Below are positions 57,886-64,000 of a stretch of DNA of 64,000 bases, piece after piece. Below the pieces are notes generated by a model that had not been told where the DNA came from, made no database searches, and saw nothing but the letters and a program-made list of their open reading frames with translations. The number at the start of each line of letters is the position of its first letter. The first letter of the stretch is position 1. Made by a program: the position numbers and the translations under genes. Source of the DNA: Candidatus Scatomonas pullistercoris (GTDB lineage Bacteria > Bacillota > Clostridia > Lachnospirales > Lachnospiraceae); assembly GCA_018713515.1 (NCBI GenBank), contig DVOO01000016.1:62659-126658 (forward strand). Direction: 5' to 3'.

Positions 57886-58911
57886 ATGCTTTCTTTTGTA
57901 AATGATTATTCGGAGGGCGCCGACGAGCGTATCCTGCAGCGTCTTCTGGAGACCAACCGGGAGCAGCTCCCGGGCTACGGCGAGGACAGATACTGTCTCT
58001 CCGCCAGGGAGAAAATCCGGAGCGCCTGCGGCTGCCCGGATGCGGATATCTATTTTCTCACAGGCGGCACGCAGACCAACAAGATTGTGATCTCTTCCCT
58101 GCTGGCCCCCTGGCAGGGAGTTGTGGCGGCGGAGAGCGGGCATATCGGCACCCATGAAGCCGGCGCCATTGAAAACGCCGGACACAAAGTGCTCACCCTT
58201 CCTCACAGGGAGGGAAAACTCATGCCGGACACCCTGGCGCAGTATCTGCGCAGCTTCTACGCGGATGAAAATCACAGCCACATGGTATTTCCCGGCATGG
58301 TATATATTTCCTGGCCGACAGAGTACGGCACATTGTATTCCCGCCGGGAACTGGCAGATCTGTATGATATCTGCAGGGAATATCAGATTCCCCTCTATAT
58401 CGACGGCGCAAGGCTTTGCTACGGTCTGTCCTGCTCCGCCTGCGATCTGACGCTTCCGGAACTGGCTGCTCTCTGCGATGTGTTTTACATAGGCGGCACA
58501 AAAGCCGGCGCCCTCTGCGGAGAAGCCCTTGTGTTCCCAAAGAAGAATACTCCCCCGCAGTTTTCCACCATCCTGAAAATGTACGGGGCCCTTCTGGCCA
58601 AAGGACGTCTTCTGGGAATTCAGTTTGACACTCTTTTTACAGACAATCTGTATCTGCAGATCAGCAAAAATGCCATCGAGACCGCGGATGTCCTGAAGGA
58701 AGGCTTCCGCCGGAAGGGATACCGGTTTTATCTGGACTCCCCCACAAACCAGATCTTTGTGATCCTGGAAAACAGCCGCATGGAAGCTCTGTCCCGGCAG
58801 GCTGCCTTCTGCTTCTGGGAGAAGCTGGATGCATCGCACACAGTGGTGCGGTTTGCCACCAGCTGGGCCACTTCCATGCAGGATGTGGAGGCTCTGGTTC
58901 AGCTCCTGTAA
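57886..58911 (+). CDS. threonine aldolase / beta-eliminating lyase family PLP enzyme
   Basis: 341 aa. It starts SFVNDYSEGA, as in low-specificity threonine aldolases, and has a GGTKAG Lys region. A CAGGAGGA RBS precedes it. Confidence 0.78.
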   Translation: MLSFVNDYSEGADERILQRLLETNREQLPGYGEDRYCLSAREKIRSACGCPDADIYFLTGGTQTNKIVISSLLAPWQGVVAAESGHIGTHEAGAIENAGHKVLTLPHREGKLMPDTLAQYLRSFYADENHSHMVFPGMVYISWPTEYGTLYSRRELADLYDICREYQIPLYIDGARLCYGLSCSACDLTLPELAALCDVFYIGGTKAGALCGEALVFPKKNTPPQFSTILKMYGALLAKGRLLGIQFDTLFTDNLYLQISKNAIETADVLKEGFRRKGYRFYLDSPTNQIFVILENSRMEALSRQAAFCFWEKLDASHTVVRFATSWATSMQDVEALVQLL

Positions 58912-58913
58912 AT

Positions 58914-58958
58914 AAAAAGCTGACGGCCGGCTGAATGCTTCCGGTCCGTCAGCTTTTT
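58914..58958. terminator. bidirectional terminator
   Basis: A perfect 13-bp stem pairs AAAAAGCTGACGG with CCGTCAGCTTTTT, with an inner CCGG/CCGG pair. Confidence 0.75.
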
Positions 58959-58966
58959 GTCTCTCA

Positions 58967-59353
58967 TCAGGTAAAATTCCGAAAATTTTTCCGGCAGCGG
59001 GGACAGGTGATCTCCATCCGCCCTTTTCCCGCAGGTACCCGCAGCTTCTGTCCGCAGGAAGGGCAGTACACGATGGCATGCATCTGCTGTCTCTGTCCTG
59101 AAAAGCTGTCCGGCCCGCCGGGATTCATACTTTTTAACCGGCGCATATTTCTTCGGATAATCAGGATTCCTCCGATGATCGGTGCCAGTGCCATCAAAAA
59201 GCTCAGACCATACGCTCCCGAATAGAATTGTCCGGCCATGCGTGCCTCAGGGGCCATCAGACAGACAACCAGCAGTCCCCCGAAAAAAATCATAAACGCT
59301 GCCGCCGCATTTCCTACATAGTATCCTGTTTTTGTTGAAGTTTTGTAATTCAT
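58967..59353 (-). CDS. membrane protein with a C-terminal zinc ribbon
   Basis: 128 aa with two TM helices, then CPSCGQKLRVPAGKGRMEITCPRCRKNF. An RBS (AAAGGCGGA) precedes the ATG at 59353. Confidence 0.6.
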   Translation of the reverse strand: MNYKTSTKTGYYVGNAAAAFMIFFGGLLVVCLMAPEARMAGQFYSGAYGLSFLMALAPIIGGILIIRRNMRRLKSMNPGGPDSFSGQRQQMHAIVYCPSCGQKLRVPAGKGRMEITCPRCRKNFRNFT

Positions 59354-59436
59354 ATCTGTTCCGCCTTTCTGTTTTTCTGATGGTTTTATCCTATCACGCG
59401 GAAAAGAAAATTTGTTTTTCGGTACCTGGGGAAACA

Positions 59437-59487
59437 AAAGCCACCCGGGGACGCAGAGCGGCAGGCTCCGCGTCCCCGGGTGGCTTT
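59437..59487 (-). terminator. intrinsic terminator after the DUF4250 gene
   Basis: A perfect 18-bp stem pairs AAAGCCACCCGGGGACGC with GCGTCCCCGGGTGGCTTT. On the minus strand it is followed by TTTTGTTT. Confidence 0.8.
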
Positions 59488-59496
59488 CTATTTTGT

Positions 59497-59670
59497 TTAC
59501 CGGAACTGATTGCTTTCCCGGTCGTATGCATAGTCAATTTCCTGCAGTTTTCCGCAGATTTCTTCTTCCTGTATGCCAAATGCGCTGCAGAACTCCTCCA
59601 GGCTTCCATAATGGTCCCGAAGCTGGGTATTCACATAACTCAGCAGCATCACCGGATCTCTGGGTATCAT
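59497..59670 (-). CDS. DUF4250 domain protein (57 aa)
   Basis: Absent from the ORF track. The product is [57 protein letters not shown]. Its ATG overlaps the clpB TGA (ATGA). Confidence 0.72.
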   Translation of the reverse strand: MIPRDPVMLLSYVNTQLRDHYGSLEEFCSAFGIQEEEICGKLQEIDYAYDRESNQFR

Positions 59671-62270
59671 TCCACTACCTCCGCCTTTGGTTTTACCACT
59701 GCCGCCAGTTTTCCGTCCTGCAGGGTCAAAAGGATTGTATCTCCCTGGCTGACGCCTCCGCCCAGAATCAGACGGGCGGACAGGGTCTCCACGTATTTCT
59801 GCACGAACCGCTTCAGGGGACGGGCGCCGTAAACGGGATCGTATCCTCCGTCAATGACAAACTGTTTTGCCTCTGCTGACAGCTCAATGGTCAGCTCCTG
59901 ATTTGCCAGCCGCTTATTCAGATCCGCCAGCAGCAGGTCTACAATATGGCCGATGTTATCCTTGGTCAGCGGCTTAAACAGGATGATCTCATCGAGACGG
60001 TTCAGGAATTCCGGACGGAAATGGGCCCGCAGATCATTCTGCACCATTTCCTGCGCCTGCTGGCTGATGGTACCGTCCTCCTGGATCCCCTCCAGCAGGT
60101 ACTGGGAACCAATATTGGAGGTCATGATCAGGATCGTATTCTTAAAATCCACCGTCCTGCCCTGAGAATCCGTGATCCGCCCGTCATCCAGCACCTGCAG
60201 CAGGACGTTGAACACATCCGGATGGGCCTTTTCGATCTCATCAAACAGAACCACCGAGTAGGGTTTTCTCCGGACAGCCTCTGTCAGCTGGCCGCCCTCT
60301 TCATAGCCCACATATCCCGGAGGCGCTCCGATCAGACGGGACACAGAATACTTCTCCATGTACTCACTCATATCGATCCGCACCATATTGTTTTCATCGT
60401 CAAAAAGCTTTTCTGCCAGAGTCTTGGCCAGTTCGGTCTTTCCCACACCCGTGGGCCCCAGAAACAGGAAGGAACCGATGGGTTTGGTGGGATCCTTGAT
60501 TCCGGCCTTGGAACGGATAATGGCATCGGCCACTTTGCTGACCGCCTCATCCTGCCCCACGACTCTCTTATGGAGTTCCTCCTCCAGCCGCAGGATCTTG
60601 GCCTTCTCTCCCTCGGTCAGCTTCGCCACCGGAATACCGGTCCAGCGGGAAATAATCCTGGCAATTTCGTCCTCCGTAACACTCTCATGCACCAGGGACA
60701 TATCCTGATTTTTCAGTTTCTCTTCCTCAACCTGCAGCTGCTGCTGAAGTCTCGGCAGTTCTCCGTACTGCAGTTCCGCCGCCTTTTCCAGATCATAATT
60801 CTGCTGTGCCGTCTGAATCTGCCGGTTCAGATCCTCGATCTGTTCCCGCAGTCCCGACAATTTTTCCTGGGAGGACTTTTCATTCTCCCACTGGGCCTTC
60901 TGCACATTGAACTGATCCTTCAGCTCCGCCAGCTCTTTCTGCAGATCCTCCAGCCGCTCGCGGCTCAAATTGTCTGTCTCCTTCTTAAGGGCCGCCACCT
61001 CAATTTCCATCTGCATGATCTTCCGGTTCTGCTCATCCAGCTCCGCCGGCATGGTGTCCATCTCCGTCTTGATCAGCGCGCAGGCTTCATCCACCAGATC
61101 AATGGCCTTGTCCGGCAGGAACCGGTCGGAAATATAGCGGTCGGAAAGGGTTGCCGCGGCCACCAGGGCCCCGTCCGTAATCTTTACACCGTGGTATACT
61201 TCATATCTCTCTTTCAGCCCCCGGAGAATTGAGATCGTATCCTCCACGGTAGGCTCATCCACCAGCACCGGCTGGAACCGCCGCTCCAGGGCTGCGTCTT
61301 TCTCAATGTACTGGCGGTATTCATCCAGGGTGGTTGCGCCGATACAGTGCAGCTCACCTCTGGCCAGCATGGGTTTGAGCATATTGCCGGCGTCCATGGC
61401 GCCGTCCGTCTTGCCGGCACCCACGATCAGATGCAGCTCATCGATAAAGAGGATGATCTTCCCCTCGCTCTTTCTGACTTCCTCCAGAACGGCTTTCAGA
61501 CGCTCCTCAAACTCACCTCTGTACTTGGCTCCGGCCACCAGCGCTCCCATATCCAGGGAAAAGATAGTTTTATCCTTCAGTCCTTCCGGCACATCCCCCC
61601 GGACAATCCTCTGGGCCAGCCCCTCTACTACAGCGGTTTTGCCCACGCCGGGTTCGCCGATCAGAACCGGGTTATTCTTCGTCTTGCGGGAGAGGATACG
61701 GATCACATTCCGGATCTCCGCGTCACGGCCGATCACCGGATCCAGCTTCTGGTCTCTGGCCTTCTCCACCAGATCCTGTCCGTATTTGTTCAGGGTATCA
61801 TAGGTAGCCTCCGGATTGTCCGTGGTTACCCTCTGGTTCCCCCGCACAGTACTCAAAGCCTGGAGGAACCGCTCCTTCGTTATGCCGTATTCCTTGAAAA
61901 GCTGCTTCATGCTGGGGCTTGGGTTCCGGAGCATGGCCAGAAACAGATGTTCCACAGAGACATACTCGTCCCCCATGGCCTTGGCCTCATCCTCCGCGCT
62001 GACCAGGGCTTTGTTCAGATACTGTCCGATGTAGGGATTCCCGCCCTGTACCTTTACTCTGGCATTCAGCGCCTCATTGACACGATTCAGAAAATGCTCC
62101 TTCTGAATCTCCATTTTCTCTATCATTTTTAAGATCAGGCTGTCTTCCTGGTGGAGGAGATTGTACAGCAGATGCTCCTGCTCGATCTCCTGATTGCCGA
62201 ATTCATAGGCAGTCTTTTCCAGATCCTGCACAGCCTGCAGAGATTTCTGCGTAAATTTACTGATATTCAT
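59667..62270 (-). CDS. clpB: ATP-dependent chaperone ClpB
   Basis: It has two AAA+ modules ([18 protein letters not shown]) separated by a long coiled-coil middle domain. The ATG at 62270 lies 7 nt from an AGGAGG. The track start at 62276 is a GTG. Confidence 0.95.
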   Translation of the reverse strand: MNISKFTQKSLQAVQDLEKTAYEFGNQEIEQEHLLYNLLHQEDSLILKMIEKMEIQKEHFLNRVNEALNARVKVQGGNPYIGQYLNKALVSAEDEAKAMGDEYVSVEHLFLAMLRNPSPSMKQLFKEYGITKERFLQALSTVRGNQRVTTDNPEATYDTLNKYGQDLVEKARDQKLDPVIGRDAEIRNVIRILSRKTKNNPVLIGEPGVGKTAVVEGLAQRIVRGDVPEGLKDKTIFSLDMGALVAGAKYRGEFEERLKAVLEEVRKSEGKIILFIDELHLIVGAGKTDGAMDAGNMLKPMLARGELHCIGATTLDEYRQYIEKDAALERRFQPVLVDEPTVEDTISILRGLKERYEVYHGVKITDGALVAAATLSDRYISDRFLPDKAIDLVDEACALIKTEMDTMPAELDEQNRKIMQMEIEVAALKKETDNLSRERLEDLQKELAELKDQFNVQKAQWENEKSSQEKLSGLREQIEDLNRQIQTAQQNYDLEKAAELQYGELPRLQQQLQVEEEKLKNQDMSLVHESVTEDEIARIISRWTGIPVAKLTEGEKAKILRLEEELHKRVVGQDEAVSKVADAIIRSKAGIKDPTKPIGSFLFLGPTGVGKTELAKTLAEKLFDDENNMVRIDMSEYMEKYSVSRLIGAPPGYVGYEEGGQLTEAVRRKPYSVVLFDEIEKAHPDVFNVLLQVLDDGRITDSQGRTVDFKNTILIMTSNIGSQYLLEGIQEDGTISQQAQEMVQNDLRAHFRPEFLNRLDEIILFKPLTKDNIGHIVDLLLADLNKRLANQELTIELSAEAKQFVIDGGYDPVYGARPLKRFVQKYVETLSARLILGGGVSQGDTILLTLQDGKLAAVVKPKAEVVE

Positions 62271-62323
62271 ACTCACACCTCCTATATCTATATGGAAATA
62301 GCGAATTTCTCTGTGCTAACGAT

Positions 62324-62366
62324 ACTATAACACATATCATCAGCACTGTAAAGATGTGAGTGCTAA
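62324..62366 (-). promoter_or_regulatory. clpB promoter overlapped by a CIRCE-like (HrcA) operator
   Basis: The minus strand reads TTAGCACTC-N9-CAGTGCTGA (62366-62340) against the consensus TTAGCACTC-N9-GAGTGCTAA. The -35 TTTACA (62352-62347) lies inside it, followed by a 17-nt spacer and the -10 TATAGT (62329-62324). Confidence 0.55.
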
Positions 62367-62837
62367 TTTTTTTAGCGTTTCTCCCGCGATCCGGTAAACC
62401 GTCCAGTCTTTCATGGGTTCCGCGCCCAGGGAGAGATAAAAATCAATGCTCGGCCGGTTCCAGTCCAGGCACCACCATTCCAGACGCCCGCAGCCCTGCG
62501 CGACGGCAGTGGCCGCCAGTTTTTGAAGAATTTGCCTTCCATATCCCCGGCCCCGGTATTCCGGCAGAACGTACAAATCCTCCAGATAGATTCCGGAGCG
62601 CCCCAGAAAAGTAGAAAAATTATAAAAATATAAGGCAAAGCCAACCTCCCTGGAATCCGCCTCCGCAAACAGAACCTCCGCATTTTTCTTTTCAAAAATC
62701 CACTCCTCCAGGAGCTCTTCTGTGGCCACCACCTCTTCTTCCAGTTTTTCATACCTTGCCAGTTCCCTGATGAACCACAAAATCAAAGAAACATCCTTTT
62801 TCTCCGCCTGGCGGAATGTCAGCTCTTTTTCTTCCAT
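62340..62837 (-). CDS. GNAT family N-acetyltransferase
   Basis: 165 aa with the acetyl-CoA motif YRGRGYGRQILQKL. The last roughly 9 codons overlap the CIRCE-like element. Confidence 0.85.
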   Translation of the reverse strand: MEEKELTFRQAEKKDVSLILWFIRELARYEKLEEEVVATEELLEEWIFEKKNAEVLFAEADSREVGFALYFYNFSTFLGRSGIYLEDLYVLPEYRGRGYGRQILQKLAATAVAQGCGRLEWWCLDWNRPSIDFYLSLGAEPMKDWTVYRIAGETLKKLALTSLQC

Positions 62838-62866
62838 CTCTGCCTCCCGATCGGTTATCTGTCCTG

Positions 62867-63400
62867 TTATTTTTCTGTCAAAATCTCATATACCCGGATC
62901 GGCATTGCTTCCTCATCCTTGGCCATCGTCAGAAAATGCCAGCCGCATTTTTCATAAAAGCGCATGTGATCCGTCACCAGATAAAGCTTTTCATATCCCA
63001 TCTCCCCCGCCTCTCTGCGGATCAGATCCAGCAGATATCTGGCCAGCCCCCGGTTCCGGTACGGTTTTTCCACAAACAGCGCACAGACATTGGGGGCCAG
63101 ATCCTTCCGGCTGTGAAAATCATTCTCAATCAGCCCTGCCCCCGCGCAGATCTCTCCATTTTCCCCCACAAGCACATACCACTGGGGAACTCCCGTCTTC
63201 TGCTGCCTGCACCGCTCCATACTGGCCAGATATGCCTCCGCCGGAATTTCCCACTTCTCCGCAAACCAGGCCGCTGCCGTTTTCAGCAGCTCCGGCTGCT
63301 CCCGGAGAGCCTTTACCTGAATCCCCGGCGCAGCCTCCGGCTGCTCCTCAAATTTCTTCTTCCCTCCGGGATCCCGGGAAATAACCATCCTTTTCCCCAT
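62867..63400 (-). CDS. GNAT family N-acetyltransferase
   Basis: 177 aa with the motif A segment YRNRGLARYLLDLI. An AAGGAG RBS precedes it. Confidence 0.82.
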   Translation of the reverse strand: MGKRMVISRDPGGKKKFEEQPEAAPGIQVKALREQPELLKTAAAWFAEKWEIPAEAYLASMERCRQQKTGVPQWYVLVGENGEICAGAGLIENDFHSRKDLAPNVCALFVEKPYRNRGLARYLLDLIRREAGEMGYEKLYLVTDHMRFYEKCGWHFLTMAKDEEAMPIRVYEILTEK

Positions 63401-63415
63401 TATTTTCTCCTTTTC

Positions 63416-63660
63416 TCAGAAAACCTGCTGTTCCTCCAGTTTTATATCTTCCAGCTGTTCCTCGGTAAGTCCGCAGATTTTCCGGATCTGTTCTTCCGGA
63501 TATTTTTCCTGCATCATATTCCCGACGATTTCCCTTCTATATACTGCATTATATCATTGATTTCCATGGAATGAAACTCTTTCATCGTCCCCCGCATAAT
63601 CCAGGCCAGGATTCTTTTATCCGCCAGAATATTCCTGCAGTGTTCATCATACTGCTTCAG
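63416..63660 (-). pseudogene. degraded gene remnant in two pieces and two frames (family not confidently identified)
   Basis: The first piece, LKQYDEHCRNILADKRILAWIMRGTMKEFHSMEINDIMQYIEGKSSGI*, has no start codon. A 33-aa ORF, MMQEKYPEEQIRKICGLTEEQLEDIKLEEQQVF*, overlaps its stop in another frame. I think they resemble the N- and C-termini of Rpn/PD-(D/E)XK-type putative transposase proteins, but my recall of that family is weak. Confidence 0.3.
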
Positions 63661-63670
63661 ACAAAACAAA

Positions 63671-63723
63671 CAATAACCGGCAAAAACTTCCGTACTCCCG
63701 CCGGCAGCTTTTGCCGGTTATTG
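63671..63723 (-). terminator. intrinsic terminator after the acetyltransferase gene
   Basis: A 15-bp perfect stem pairs CAATAACCGGCAAAA with TTTTGCCGGTTATTG. On the minus strand it is followed by TTTGTTTTGT. Confidence 0.7.
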
Positions 63724-63745
63724 TAAATCGATTGCCTTTCTGTTT

Positions 63746-64000
63746 TTATAATAACGGCTCCTGCTCATCCAGCATCCGGATTACCCGGGCCGGTACTCCG
63801 GCCACGACCGCCCTCGGCGGCACATCCTTCGTCACTACGGCTCCGGCACCCACAACCGCCCCGTCTCCGATGGTGACCCCGGGAACGATGGTGACCCTTG
63901 CTCCCAGCCAGACGTTCTTTCCGATCACCACGGGCGCGGGATGCATGCTGCTTCTGTTTTCCTCTGAAAAATCATGGTTCAGGGTCGTAATCACTGCGGA
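63746..64000 (-). CDS. hexapeptide-repeat sugar O-acetyltransferase (maltose/galactoside acetyltransferase-like), 5' end outside the window
   Basis: The C-terminal segment is ..[52 protein letters not shown], a left-handed beta-helix. The ORF runs off the window edge. Confidence 0.82.
   Translation of the reverse strand, partial: SAVITTLNHDFSEENRSSMHPAPVVIGKNVWLGARVTIVPGVTIGDGAVVGAGAVVTKDVPPRAVVAGVPARVIRMLDEQEPLL

Noticed and set aside
1-64000. CRISPR arrays, tRNA/rRNA genes and IS elements with terminal inverted repeats
   Set aside because: I saw no periodic repeat-spacer pattern, no cloverleaf-like sequence in any intergenic gap (most gaps are under 150 bp) and no transposase ORF.

Overview
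This looks like a dense chromosomal segment from a high-GC, spore-forming Clostridia-type Firmicute. That assignment is inferred only from gene content: alpha/beta SASP, SpmB-like, PdaB-like and Csp-like genes, AddAB, an FMN riboswitch before ribU, and a prfB frameshift. I call about 58 CDS, mostly housekeeping. They include nfo, an SbcE/SbcF-like pair, asnS, fhs, nrdD, dapF, hisC, tex, hom, prfB, secA, addAB, nagA, nadE, hslO and clpB. I found no rRNA, tRNA or CRISPR array. Two CDS under 60 aa are missing from the ORF track: a rubredoxin at 123-284 and a DUF4250 protein at 59497-59670. Many long ORFs in the track are antisense shadows of real genes. I did not find a convincing new multi-gene system. 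The clearest accessory signal is a visibly AT-rich islet at about 37.0-38.6 kb carrying an AbiEi/AbiEii module. Its toxin looks shortened, and a 17-bp inverted repeat sits in its promoter region. Next to it, two 5'-truncated gene remnants (araD' and a PfkB sugar kinase') abut head to head at one breakpoint. Other items worth a second look:
- fhs has an in-frame loss of about 70 codons.
- The SbcE-like ATPase has a two-helix hydrophobic hairpin where its coiled-coil apex should be.
- A 978-aa surface protein carries four lamin-tail domains and an SPQTG sorting signal.
- A CIRCE-like element overlaps the clpB promoter.
- A second degraded gene remnant lies at about 63.4-63.7 kb.

All functional calls rest on my recognition of motifs in the translations. 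No database search was run.
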